NCBI GenBank assembly: GCA_963532505.1
Contig: CAUSLX010000001.1
Location: 1-37,314 of the forward strand
Source: an uncultured Candidatus Saccharibacteria bacterium
Lineage (GTDB): Bacteria > Patescibacteriota > Saccharimonadia > Saccharimonadales > Saccharimonadaceae
Direction of reading: 5' to 3'
Length of the DNA stretch: 37,314 bases
Made by a program: the position numbers and the translations under genes. The notes beneath the pieces are model-generated. The model saw nothing but the letters and a program-made list of their open reading frames with translations. It was not told the origin of the DNA and did not search any database. Of the stretch, positions 8,045 through 17,081 are shown one piece after another. The number at the start of each line of letters is the position of its first letter. Within the stretch, counting starts at the first letter, position 1.

Positions 8045-9325
8045 ATGGATATAACAATTACAAACATACAAGCAAGGCAAATTTTAGACTCTCGTGGAAA
8101 TCCGACGGTTGAGGCGGACGTGACTTTGAGTGACGGTTCGTTTGGTCGTGCGGCTGTTCCGTCTGGCGCAAGCACTGGCTCCTTCGAGGCTGTTGAGCTT
8201 CGGGATGGCGAGTTGGCGTTCGGCGGTAAAGGCGTGCTTCGTGCGGTCGAAAATGTCAATGGTGAAATTGCGCAGGCTTTGAAAGGCTCTAATCCGTTCG
8301 ACCAGGCCGCAATTGATGAAAAAATGAAGAGTCTGGACGGTACGCCGAATAAGGCGCGCTTGGGTGCGAATGCTATTTTGGCTGTGTCGCTGGCTGTAGC
8401 GAAAGCTGCTGCTAAGTCGCGTGGCGTGGAGTTGTATCAATACGTCAATAGCTTGGCTGGAAATCCTGCAATGTGCCTGCCGATGCCGATGATCAACGTG
8501 ATGAACGGCGGTCAGCATGCGCTCGGTGCGACTGATTTTCAGGAATATATGATTATTCCAACTAGCGCGGCAACTTTTGCGGACGCAGTTCGAATGAGCG
8601 CGGAAGTTTTTCACGCGTTGGCAAAAATCCTGAAAGACGAAGGTTATCCTACAACGGTTGGCGATGAGGGTGGCTATGCACCTCATGTCAGGAATGGTAA
8701 TATGGAGCCTATTTTGTTGCTATCTCGCGCCATCGAGCAGGCTGGTTATAAATTAGGCGTGGACTTTGGTTTTGCGCTGGATGTTGCGGCGAGCGAGCTT
8801 TACAAGGACGGCAAATATAACTTGGCGACCGAACACCGAATTCTGTCGGCTGACGAAATGATTCGCACGTATAAAGCCCTGTTGGAACGCGTCCCTGTTC
8901 TCTCGATTGAGGATGGATTGAACGAAGAAGCTTGGGAAGATTGGGAGAAAATGACGGCTGATTTGGGTAATTTTGCGCAATTGGTTGGTGACGATCTTTT
9001 GGTGACGAATGTCGAGCGATTGAAGCGCGGAATCGAAGAAAAGGCTGGCAATGCAATCTTAATCAAGCCGAACCAAATTGGTACATTGACTGAGACAATT
9101 CAGACTGTTTTGATGGCGAAGAATGCTGGCTGGAATACGGTGATGAGCCACCGATCTGGCGAGACGGAGGATGTAACGATTTCTCACTTGGCGGTCGGGC
9201 TTGGCACTGGTCAAATTAAGACTGGCTCGATGTCGCGGTCAGAGCGAATTGCCAAGTACAACGAGCTGCTGAGAATTGCGGAAAAGCGCCCAGATTTGGA
9301 GATTGCGCATCCGTTTGTGAAGTAA
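8045..9325 (+). CDS. eno: Enolase
   Basis: [45 protein letters not shown]. Confidence 0.99.
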   Translation: MDITITNIQARQILDSRGNPTVEADVTLSDGSFGRAAVPSGASTGSFEAVELRDGELAFGGKGVLRAVENVNGEIAQALKGSNPFDQAAIDEKMKSLDGTPNKARLGANAILAVSLAVAKAAAKSRGVELYQYVNSLAGNPAMCLPMPMINVMNGGQHALGATDFQEYMIIPTSAATFADAVRMSAEVFHALAKILKDEGYPTTVGDEGGYAPHVRNGNMEPILLLSRAIEQAGYKLGVDFGFALDVAASELYKDGKYNLATEHRILSADEMIRTYKALLERVPVLSIEDGLNEEAWEDWEKMTADLGNFAQLVGDDLLVTNVERLKRGIEEKAGNAILIKPNQIGTLTETIQTVLMAKNAGWNTVMSHRSGETEDVTISHLAVGLGTGQIKTGSMSRSERIAKYNELLRIAEKRPDLEIAHPFVK

Positions 9326-9332
9326 CTCGCGC

Positions 9333-9370
9333 AAAAAGACTTCCCCGTAATTCAGAGGAAGTCTTTTTTT
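9333..9370. terminator. Bidirectional terminator between eno and tsaC
   Basis: AAAAAGACTTCC-loop-GGAAGTCTTTTTTT. Confidence 0.9.
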
Positions 9371-9401
9371 ATTTGGCGATTTTTTGACAATTATTCGAGG
9401 A

Positions 9402-9959
9402 TTATCTTCTTAAAAACTCAATTTCCCCGCCCTCGTTGATTCGGATAATTTGCGATGGTTGAGCGTCGGTGGTTTCTCCAGAATCGACATAAATCGGCAC
9501 TAATTCGTGGAAGTAATTTATCGCTTCGGTGACGCTCTTTGCCGGTTCTTCTCCTGATGGATTTGCACTGGGCGCGACCAAAAGACCAACGGTTCGAATT
9601 AACTCTGCTAATGGAGATTCTGGCACGACTCTGAATGCCAATGTTCCGCCATTTCTCGGAAGATGTGGCAGAAAATTAGGACTCACTTTAGTGACGATTG
9701 TTGTTGGTCTATTTTTGGAGATTTCTTGATATTTGTGTTTGATCGACAGCGCAAGATTAGGAATGTCGTCAATATCCGCAACCAAAATAATAACGGGTTC
9801 GTCCAAAGGACGCCGTTTAACTTCGTATAATTTCTTGACGGCTTTTTCTGAATTAGCTACAGCTAATATTCCATAAATTGTGTCAGTTTTAGCAATTATC
9901 AATTGCTCATTTTTAAGCGCGGAAATTACACTGTCATCTAAAATATTATTCACAATCAT
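9402..9959 (-). CDS. tsaC: L-threonylcarbamoyladenylate synthase (TsaC/YrdC)
   Basis: TDTIYGI, KRRP..P, APSANPSG motifs; YrdC domain only. Confidence 0.92.
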   Translation of the reverse strand: MIVNNILDDSVISALKNEQLIIAKTDTIYGILAVANSEKAVKKLYEVKRRPLDEPVIILVADIDDIPNLALSIKHKYQEISKNRPTTIVTKVSPNFLPHLPRNGGTLAFRVVPESPLAELIRTVGLLVAPSANPSGEEPAKSVTEAINYFHELVPIYVDSGETTDAQPSQIIRINEGGEIEFLRR

Positions 9960-9976
9960 TTATTACATCTTCCCAT

Positions 9977-10003
9977 AAAATAACCCCGAGAAGTCCGGGG
10001 CTA
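9977..10003 (-). terminator. Intrinsic terminator after rplK
   Basis: Minus strand TAGCCCCGGACTTCTCGGGGTTATTTT. Confidence 0.75.
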
Positions 10004-10023
10004 TCTGTTAAAAGTTCTGTAGA

Positions 10024-10449
10024 CTAGTCGACGACTTCAACGCCCATTGAGCGTGCTGATCCGGCTATAACTTTCATTGCTCCTTCGATGTCGATTGCGT
10101 TCAATTGGTCTTTTTTCGCCTCAGCGATTTCTTGCAATTGTGCGCGAGTAATCTTACCGACCTTGTCTGAGTGTGGCTTGCCACTACCCTTTTGGATTCC
10201 AGCTTTCTCACGAATCATGTCGTCAACTGGCTGACCAAGTGAGTTCCAAGTAAATGTTCGGTCTTCGTAAACTTGGATGTGAACAATTACGTCCTTACCC
10301 ATCATGTCTTTTGTAGCGTCATTGAATGGATTGATGAAATCCATCATGTTTAGTCCCCACTGACCAAGCGTTGATCCCACTGGAGGACCTGCTGTTGCTC
10401 GACCGGCTGGAATGCGTAATTTCAAATTACCAATAATTTTCTTTGCCAT
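10024..10449 (-). CDS. rplK: 50S ribosomal protein L11
   Basis: AGRATAGPPVGSTLGQ, IAGSARSMG; own TTGCAA-N17-TATAAT promoter upstream. Confidence 0.99.
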   Translation of the reverse strand: MAKKIIGNLKLRIPAGRATAGPPVGSTLGQWGLNMMDFINPFNDATKDMMGKDVIVHIQVYEDRTFTWNSLGQPVDDMIREKAGIQKGSGKPHSDKVGKITRAQLQEIAEAKKDQLNAIDIEGAMKVIAGSARSMGVEVVD

Positions 10450-10515
10450 AGTTCTTCCTTATAGTTTGTAGTGCGTAACTCGAATATTATATCGAAAAAT
10501 GCTTAAAATTGCAAG

Positions 10516-11061
10516 CTAAACTTTTTTAACCTGCAAGGCGTCCAGCTCGACTGGAGTATCGCGGCCAAACATGCTAACCATAACCTTCAAAGTGCCCTTA
10601 GACGCGTCAATTTCGCTCACGGCGCCGTCAAAGCCCTTGAATGGACCGTCGATAATTGAAACAACTTCGCCTTCTGAGAAGTCAATCTGATGCTTTGGCT
10701 CTTCAACGCCCATTCGCTTCTTAATTTTAGCAATTTCTTTTTCAGAAACTGGAGTTGGTGTAGTGTCGGCACCCACGAATCCTGTAACGCCCGGCGTGTT
10801 GCGGATGATGTACCAAGTTTCATCGGTCAATTTCATCTCAACTAAGACATAGCCCTGGAAGATCTTAGCTTCAACAATTTTACGCTTACCGTTGCGAATT
10901 TGAATTTGTTTTTCCTTTGGCACGATAACGTCAAAAATCTTATCGGCCATATCAACGCCGTTGATTCGCTGGCGGATTGATTCGGCAACTTTTTCTTCGT
11001 AGCCAGAATAGGTATGAATTGCATACCATTGCTTACTGTCATCGTATCGTTTTGAACTCAT
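10516..11061 (-). CDS. nusG: Transcription factor NusG
   Basis: WYAIHTYSGYE, RNTPGVTGFVG, KOW motif DGPFKGF, MFGRDTPVEL. Confidence 0.99.
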   Translation of the reverse strand: MSSKRYDDSKQWYAIHTYSGYEEKVAESIRQRINGVDMADKIFDVIVPKEKQIQIRNGKRKIVEAKIFQGYVLVEMKLTDETWYIIRNTPGVTGFVGADTTPTPVSEKEIAKIKKRMGVEEPKHQIDFSEGEVVSIIDGPFKGFDGAVSEIDASKGTLKVMVSMFGRDTPVELDALQVKKV

Positions 11062-11071
11062 AATCTCTCCT

Positions 11072-11401
11072 TTACTTCAAAATTTGGTTAAAGCCCCAGT
11101 TGAATGCGGCGTCAAGTAATAAAATCAGAACGACAAACGCAAAGGTGAAGATAAGCACCGCTGCTGTCATTGCCCAAGTTGCTGAACGGGTTGGCCAGCG
11201 AACTAGTTTCAGCTCTTCCCAAGCGCCCTTGAAATATCCAATCAATCCACCTTTTTCGTCAGACTTTTTAGACGCTTTTGTGGTGATTTTTGTTGGTTTA
11301 TTGATTTTTTTTGCTACAGCTTTTTCTTTTTTTGGCGCGTCGTCGGTAGCCTTGATTCGACGAACCGTAGTTTTGCTGCTTGCCTTGCCTTTCTGTGCCA
11401 T
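11072..11401 (-). CDS. secE: Preprotein translocase SecE with Lys-rich N-terminus
   Basis: ELKLVRWPTR plus single TM; upstream of nusG; ATG at 11401 with GGGAGA RBS. Confidence 0.95.
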   Translation of the reverse strand: MAQKGKASSKTTVRRIKATDDAPKKEKAVAKKINKPTKITTKASKKSDEKGGLIGYFKGAWEELKLVRWPTRSATWAMTAAVLIFTFAFVVLILLLDAAFNWGFNQILK

Positions 11402-11490
11402 ATTTTCTCCCAATTTAAAAAGTCTGTTTTTCACAGACTGTCAATAGTCATTGTAATTCATCCAGTCCAAAAAAACAAGTTGACTAGAGA

Positions 11491-12684
11491 TTATTTGCTG
11501 CTATTTTTGAACTCTTTCAGTTTGAATCCGAACGTCGATCCGTGATTTAATCGGCTTTCTACCTCAATTTTGCAGCCCAATTTCTTCGCCAACTTAGCGG
11601 AAACGTATAGGCCTAATCCAGTGCCTTTCGTCTCGCGAGTTCTATAATCTTCTGCGCGGTAAAACTTGTCGAAAATTTTTGCTATGTCAGCTTTGCTAAT
11701 GCCAATTCCCGTGTCAATAATCTTGAAGGTGATTTCGCCAGATTTATTTTTCTTGATTGATAAAGTTATGGAGCCTTTTTGTGTATATCGAATGGCGTTG
11801 GTGATGAAGTTTTGGAGAATTTCCTCCAGATATAAACGAGAAACTTTAACCACGCCAAGTCGCCCGCCGATATCCAAATTGAAAGCCAAACCTTTTTCGC
11901 CCGCCTGAGGTGAATATTCAGAATTTATCTGAGCCGCCAACTCTGCTACGTCGATTATTTCTGTTTCATCAGCCACCCCCCGCTCTGCGCGTGATAACGT
12001 GCTGAGGTCGTTGATCATTCGCGCTAAGAATAAAATTTGCTTATGAGATTCGTCAATGGCTTCGGGAATTTTGCTAGTCATTTTACGCTCGACCAGCAAT
12101 TTGGCGTTACTTAGCGAACCTTCGGCAATAGCAATTGGCGTGCGTAATTCGTGACTAACTACGCTAATAAATTCATCACGTTCCTCCTCGAGACTCTTCG
12201 TCTTCGTGATGTCGCGCAAGATAAGTACATATCCGTCCGGCGTCATCTTGTCGCCGCCCTGAACTGGTGCAAGCGTAACTTCCAAGCGAATATAATCGCC
12301 ATCTTCGATTTTCATCAGAATGTCGTCGCGCTGGCGAATTGCGGAAGACTTGGTGAGTTCCTTAAAAATGTCAATCGGCTTTTTATCTGTCGTTTCAAGG
12401 TTCAGCACCTGACTGATATGTTCGCCGTTAATTCCACTGTTCGTGTCAATCAAATTAAGCGCCGCCGAATTGTATGTATTGATAATTCCGTGTTCGTCCG
12501 TGCTGAGAATTGCGTCGGTGATGTTATTGATAAGCGTGATCATTCTTTGGTGCTCGCTGAGGCTTTTTTTGTTGTTTTTACAATCGTCCTTATCGCTAAT
12601 TTCTGACAATATTTTATGCAAAACAATAGCTATAACACCTAAAACAACACTCAGAGTGATCAATAGAAAAATTAGCGCCCACAT
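11491..12684 (-). CDS. Membrane-anchored PAS sensor histidine kinase
   Basis: N-terminal TM, PAS-like region, H-box SHELRTP, N-box NFITNAIRY, DTGIGI, GTGLGL. Confidence 0.93.
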   Translation of the reverse strand: MWALIFLLITLSVVLGVIAIVLHKILSEISDKDDCKNNKKSLSEHQRMITLINNITDAILSTDEHGIINTYNSAALNLIDTNSGINGEHISQVLNLETTDKKPIDIFKELTKSSAIRQRDDILMKIEDGDYIRLEVTLAPVQGGDKMTPDGYVLILRDITKTKSLEEERDEFISVVSHELRTPIAIAEGSLSNAKLLVERKMTSKIPEAIDESHKQILFLARMINDLSTLSRAERGVADETEIIDVAELAAQINSEYSPQAGEKGLAFNLDIGGRLGVVKVSRLYLEEILQNFITNAIRYTQKGSITLSIKKNKSGEITFKIIDTGIGISKADIAKIFDKFYRAEDYRTRETKGTGLGLYVSAKLAKKLGCKIEVESRLNHGSTFGFKLKEFKNSSK

Positions 12685-12714
12685 AGCTAAAGTATAACAT
12701 AAGCATATGCGTTT

Positions 12715-13407
12715 CTATATGTATGGCGAATATTTTTTCAATTCATTTCGGTGGATTTTATAATGTGGGTCAAATTTGGCAACTTCATCCCAGAATTTCG
12801 TCGAGTGATTCATATGCCTGGTGTGGCATAATTCGTGGATAATTACGTAATCAATTAGCTCAAATGGTAAGTTCATCATCCCAATGTTCAAGCTAATCGT
12901 TCCAGATGAAGAGCAGCTTCCCCAGCGACTTGATGAGTGTGTGATTTTACTCCGAGCAAAAGAAAAGCCGTGTTCTTCCGCTAAAAACGACAATCGCCTC
13001 GGCAGATATGATTTGGCTTCTTTTCTGAGTGCGATCAGAATTTTACTGCGAATAAGTTGTTGGTTTGCGGCCGATTCGACAGATTCTGCTTCGTTGATTT
13101 CTACCAATATCTGCGTTCCGACGATTTTCACGCTTGAAGGTTTCGTAGTCGTTTGTATCAATAAATGATGGCTTTTGCCGATTTGCTGATTTTTCGTGTA
13201 AGAAAGTTTTTCTCTGTACTGAGAAGCTAATTCGCGGATTTGCTTTCGAGAGGTTTTAATCAATGCCTTTGCGGCCAACAGCGGCGCATATGGTGGCATT
13301 GTAATTTGTATTCGTCCATCTGGCGCAATTTTCAAACTAACAGTCTTCGCTAAGCTACGTTTTTTAACGACAATTTCTCCGAATTCTTCGTCGGCAATAA
13401 TTGTCAT
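12715..13407 (-). CDS. YgjP/DUF45-family Zn metallohydrolase
   Basis: RWGSCS, YVIIHELCH (HExxH), NHS..FW. Confidence 0.9.
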   Translation of the reverse strand: MTIIADEEFGEIVVKKRSLAKTVSLKIAPDGRIQITMPPYAPLLAAKALIKTSRKQIRELASQYREKLSYTKNQQIGKSHHLLIQTTTKPSSVKIVGTQILVEINEAESVESAANQQLIRSKILIALRKEAKSYLPRRLSFLAEEHGFSFARSKITHSSSRWGSCSSSGTISLNIGMMNLPFELIDYVIIHELCHTRHMNHSTKFWDEVAKFDPHYKIHRNELKKYSPYI

Positions 13408-13409
13408 AA

Positions 13410-13952
13410 CTAACCTATGTTAATGCGATTTCCGGCAATTGGGCGGCGTGGAGCTTCTGGGCGACTGGCGCCGATTTGCTTAAGAACGGTGCGAGCCTGG
13501 CTACTTAAGGTGTGCCGACCGCTAATTACGATGTAAGATTCGCTGCTGTGTGGTGCTGAGAACTGCTTCAATCGTCGTTCAAAAGATTCGTCATTTCCGC
13601 CATAAGTCTTTATCCAGCGATGTTTGGCTGTGGTGGGATCGGTTTGCACCCAAACAAATAGGACTTTATATCCATATTCCCTGGCAAGGCGATTGATACG
13701 CATACGATTCGTGCGCTGATCAGTCGATCCGTCCAAAATAACAGTTTGCTTAGTCTTCAAAAATTCTTCCAAAAGCGACAATGTTGCATCAGAAATGGTT
13801 TTTGTGTTGTCCGTAAAAACTTCAAATTGTCGAGAACTTACCACTGGAGAATTGAAAATCTTCGCAAATTCTACAGCGAATTGCGTCTTTCCTGAACCTG
13901 GCGCACCAACCATGGCGATAATATGCGGAAGTGAAGGTGATAAAGGTTTCAT
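13410..13952 (-). CDS. P-loop kinase-like protein (AAA_33)
   Basis: GAPGSGKT, VILDG. Confidence 0.85.
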   Translation of the reverse strand: MKPLSPSLPHIIAMVGAPGSGKTQFAVEFAKIFNSPVVSSRQFEVFTDNTKTISDATLSLLEEFLKTKQTVILDGSTDQRTNRMRINRLAREYGYKVLFVWVQTDPTTAKHRWIKTYGGNDESFERRLKQFSAPHSSESYIVISGRHTLSSQARTVLKQIGASRPEAPRRPIAGNRINIG

Positions 13953-13983
13953 ATTGAGAAATTATAGCAGATTTTTGACTAAT

Positions 13984-14012
13984 AAAAAAGATTCTCTTTC
14001 AAGCGAGAATCT
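13984..14012 (-). terminator. Terminator after tRNA-Trp
   Basis: Minus strand AGATTCTCGCTTGAAAGAGAATCTTTTTT. Confidence 0.75.
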
Positions 14013-14089
14013 TGGCAGGAGTGGAGGGACTCGAACCCCCGACACCTGGTTTTGGAGACCAGTGCTCTAGCCACCTGAGCTACACTCCT
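14013..14089 (-). tRNA. tRNA-Trp (CCA)
   Basis: AGGAGTG acceptor stem, anticodon loop CTCCAAA, GGTTCGAGTCC, encoded CCA end. Confidence 0.97.
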
Positions 14090-14177
14090 ATAGCAACCAT
14101 TTTATCACGAATTAGCTTTGTCGCAAATGTTAAAATTGTGAAAAATAAAAAACTCGTGAAAAAGATCCCAAAATCCC

Positions 14178-14206
14178 TTGAAAAAACATAAGCGTAGTTC
14201 TACAAT
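14178..14206 (+). promoter_or_regulatory. Sigma70 promoter of the GT4-GH57 operon
   Basis: TTGAAA-N17-TACAAT, 10 nt before ATG at 14217. Confidence 0.7.
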
Positions 14207-14216
14207 TAACTCAGAG

Positions 14217-15419
14217 ATGAAAATTTTAATGCTTGGGTGGGAACTTCCTCCGCACAATAGTGGCGGACTCGGCGTTGCTTGCTATCAGATGTCGAAGGCG
14301 CTTGCTTCGGAGGGCGTTGATATTGACTTTATTATCCCCTACACCGCCAAGCATCCCGGAATTGACTATATGAATATCTATTCAGCCACTCCTTTGCCAC
14401 CGAATTATCACGATTTGGGTGCGTATAATAACGGTTCAGAAGAAGACCGTGAAAACGCTAAGGACGAGTATGGTCTTTCGCCGATGCGCGCCGTACAGAG
14501 GCGTTACGGCAAATACGTTCGGGAGTTTGTGAAAAATCATCAGCCCGACGCGATTCACGCGCATGATTGGTTGACGATGGAAGCTGGAATAATTGCTAAG
14601 GAAATGACGGGCGCGCCGCTAATCGTGCACGTTCACGCGACGGAGTTTGACCGTTCTGGCGAGCAGTCAGGAAATCCTCTGGTTCACGAAATTGAGCAGC
14701 AAGGCTTGTTGATGGCTGATCGGATAATCGCCGTTAGTGAAATCACGAAGGAAATAATTGTTAAGAATTATCACATTCCGCCAGAGAAAATTGAGGTGGT
14801 TTATAACGCGATTGATTTGGCTGATTTGCCGCCGCATGAGTATGACGCCAGTACTTACAGGTATTTGGAGGAGTTGAAAAAGGATGGCTATACGGTTGTT
14901 GGCGCGTTGACGCGACTCACAGTTCAGAAGGGTTTGACATATTTTGTGCGAGCTGCAGCGAAGGCACTTGATAAATATGAGAAAATTGTTTTTGTTTTAT
15001 CCGGAAATGGCGAGCAAAGAGATGAACTGATTGAACTGGCGGCAGATTTAGGGATTAGCGATAAGATGATTTTTACGGGATTTGTACGCGGAAAACAGTG
15101 GCGAGATATTTACTGTTTGATTGATGTTTTTGTGATGAGTTCGGTTTCTGAGCCATTTGGTCTGACCGCACTGGAGGCAGCTCATCACGACACTGCACTA
15201 CTTATTAGTCGTCAATCTGGCGTTGGTGAGGTTCTGAATAATATTATGCGGTTTGACTATTGGGATGTGAATAAATTGGCGGATGAAATTGTTAATATCG
15301 CTGAATCACCTGCCTTACAGAAATCTTTGAAGAAAAATGTTAAGAATGAATACGCGAGAATTTCCTGGCAAGATGCTGCTAGAAAATGCCTGAAACTGTA
15401 CAAAGGAGCGCTGATATGA
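14217..15419 (+). CDS. GT4-family glycosyltransferase (glycogen/alpha-glucan synthase-like)
   Basis: MLGWELPPHNSGGLG, HAHDW, SEPFGLTALEA (Ex7E). Confidence 0.92.
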   Translation: MKILMLGWELPPHNSGGLGVACYQMSKALASEGVDIDFIIPYTAKHPGIDYMNIYSATPLPPNYHDLGAYNNGSEEDRENAKDEYGLSPMRAVQRRYGKYVREFVKNHQPDAIHAHDWLTMEAGIIAKEMTGAPLIVHVHATEFDRSGEQSGNPLVHEIEQQGLLMADRIIAVSEITKEIIVKNYHIPPEKIEVVYNAIDLADLPPHEYDASTYRYLEELKKDGYTVVGALTRLTVQKGLTYFVRAAAKALDKYEKIVFVLSGNGEQRDELIELAADLGISDKMIFTGFVRGKQWRDIYCLIDVFVMSSVSEPFGLTALEAAHHDTALLISRQSGVGEVLNNIMRFDYWDVNKLADEIVNIAESPALQKSLKKNVKNEYARISWQDAARKCLKLYKGALI

Positions 15420-16618
15420 ATAAAAATAAAGGAATAGTTTTATATCTACACGTACACCAACCGTGGCGAATACGCGAATACAGCATATTTGACGTGGCTT
15501 GGAAACATAACTATTTCTCTGGCGGTCAAAATCCAGATCAGGACAATCAAAAAATATTCCAAAAAGTTGCAGAAAAGTCGTATTTGCCGATGAATGCTTT
15601 GCTTGAAAAATTATTGAAAAAATATCCTGATTTTAAGATCTCACTGAGTTTTAGTGGAACGTTTTTAGAGCAAGCCGAAAGGTTTAATCCTGAAGTTTTG
15701 GAGAGCTTTAAGCGCCTGGTAAAGACTGGTCAAGTAGAAATATTATCAAGTCCGTATCATCACAGTCTGGCGTTTTTCTATTCGCGTAAGGAGTTCGAGC
15801 GTCAAGTTGAGCTTCACCGCTGGAAGATTCGCGAGATTTTTGGTGCGGAAACGCGAGTTTTGGCAAATACAGAATTGGCGTATAGTGATGACTTGGCAAA
15901 ATGGGCTGAGCAGGATGGTTTTAAGGGCGTGTTGGCCGAAGGCTGGGATCCGATTCTAAATTGGCGCAGTCCGAATTATGTATATCGCCCGAGAGGCACG
16001 AAGAAAATTGGATTGCTGCTCAAGAATTATCGATTGAGCGACGATTTGGCGTTTAGGTTTAGTGATCGAAAATGGAATGAATGGCCGTTGACTGCGGATA
16101 AGTTTAATACGTGGGTGGAAGATTCTGTCCGTTACGCACCGCTACTTAATTTGTTTATGGACTATGAAACTTTCGGCGAACATCAATGGGCGGAATCTGG
16201 GATTTTCGGCTTCTTTGAGAACTTTGTTGATAAATGGCTGAGCGCTGATGGTAATACCTTCTATACCGTTAGTGAGGCACTAGACGCGAATGCGCCTGCC
16301 GGTGAAATAAGTATGCCGTCGCCTGTAACGTGGGCGGACGCCGAGCGAGATTTGACGGCTTGGAACGGAAATAGCCTACAGAAAGAAGCCTTGCGATATG
16401 TCTATGAGCTTGAAGATGAGGTCTTGAATAGTAAAGACGAAGGTTTAATTAGCGATTGGCGAAAATTGCAAACTTCAGACCACTTCTATTACATGGGAAC
16501 GAAGAATTTTACCGACGGCGATGTCCACGCTTATTTTAGCCCGTATGATTCGCCATACGACGCTTTTCTTTACTATATGAATACTATTCGTGATATGAAA
16601 TCTCGATTGAGGAAATAG
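15416..16618 (+). CDS. Glycoside hydrolase family 57 (alpha-amylase-like)
   Basis: HVHQP, NTEL nucleophile, DYETFGEH acid/base, QTSDHFYY; ATGA overlap with GT4 and AAGGAG RBS. Confidence 0.93.
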   Translation: MNKNKGIVLYLHVHQPWRIREYSIFDVAWKHNYFSGGQNPDQDNQKIFQKVAEKSYLPMNALLEKLLKKYPDFKISLSFSGTFLEQAERFNPEVLESFKRLVKTGQVEILSSPYHHSLAFFYSRKEFERQVELHRWKIREIFGAETRVLANTELAYSDDLAKWAEQDGFKGVLAEGWDPILNWRSPNYVYRPRGTKKIGLLLKNYRLSDDLAFRFSDRKWNEWPLTADKFNTWVEDSVRYAPLLNLFMDYETFGEHQWAESGIFGFFENFVDKWLSADGNTFYTVSEALDANAPAGEISMPSPVTWADAERDLTAWNGNSLQKEALRYVYELEDEVLNSKDEGLISDWRKLQTSDHFYYMGTKNFTDGDVHAYFSPYDSPYDAFLYYMNTIRDMKSRLRK

Positions 16619-16637
16619 CCAAACATTCTTGCCAAAT

Positions 16638-16666
16638 AAAAACTCCCTCTGAATGCGAGGGAGTTT
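16638..16666. terminator. Terminator between convergent GH57 and rpmG
   Basis: AAACTCCCTC-loop-GAGGGAGTTT. Confidence 0.85.
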
Positions 16667-16684
16667 CTGTATAATCCTGTTAAA

Positions 16685-16903
16685 TTAGCTTTTACGAGCT
16701 TTAACTTCGTTGCGACCAAGGTTTTTCTTAGTCTCAGTGTAAGTAGCGTGTTGCTTTGCAATTGGGTCGTACTTACGTAGTGTCAATTTACCCTGACCTT
16801 TTGTAGTGCGGTTCTGGGTATTAACAGTAGTATAGTAAGTTCGGTGGTTGCTCAAGTTACTCACCAAACCAATCAGCTTTCGTTTCGTATTCTTCTTTGC
16901 CAT
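16685..16903 (-). CDS. rpmG: 50S ribosomal protein L33, Cys-free, extended
   Basis: YYTT.N...KLTLRKYDP...H..Y.E.K pattern; lies between tRNA-Thr and tRNA-Trp/secE. Confidence 0.92.
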   Translation of the reverse strand: MAKKNTKRKLIGLVSNLSNHRTYYTTVNTQNRTTKGQGKLTLRKYDPIAKQHATYTETKKNLGRNEVKARKS

Positions 16904-17081
16904 CTCTTTACTCGTTAGATTTTATAAAACGTCTTGGATAATTATAGCATGGGTGAAGTGAAAATGCTAGACTCATATCAGATTTTTTATTAAGATTATG
17001 TCGTTCAGCTAAGTTTTTGGCGACTGTTTTATAGTATAATTATCAGAAAGGTTACTCACTTAGTGACTGTGGAGGATATTT

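Noticed and set aside
8008..9066. Long antisense ORFs within eno (and similar ones within rplA, dnaX, rpoA, CYTH, secY)
   Set aside because: Shadows of codon bias in well-supported genes; no RBS or recognisable motifs.
17051..17067. Short inverted repeat GTTACTCACTTAGTGAC before the RM RBS (C-box-like or translational hairpin)
   Set aside because: Too short and weak, and no controller-protein gene nearby.
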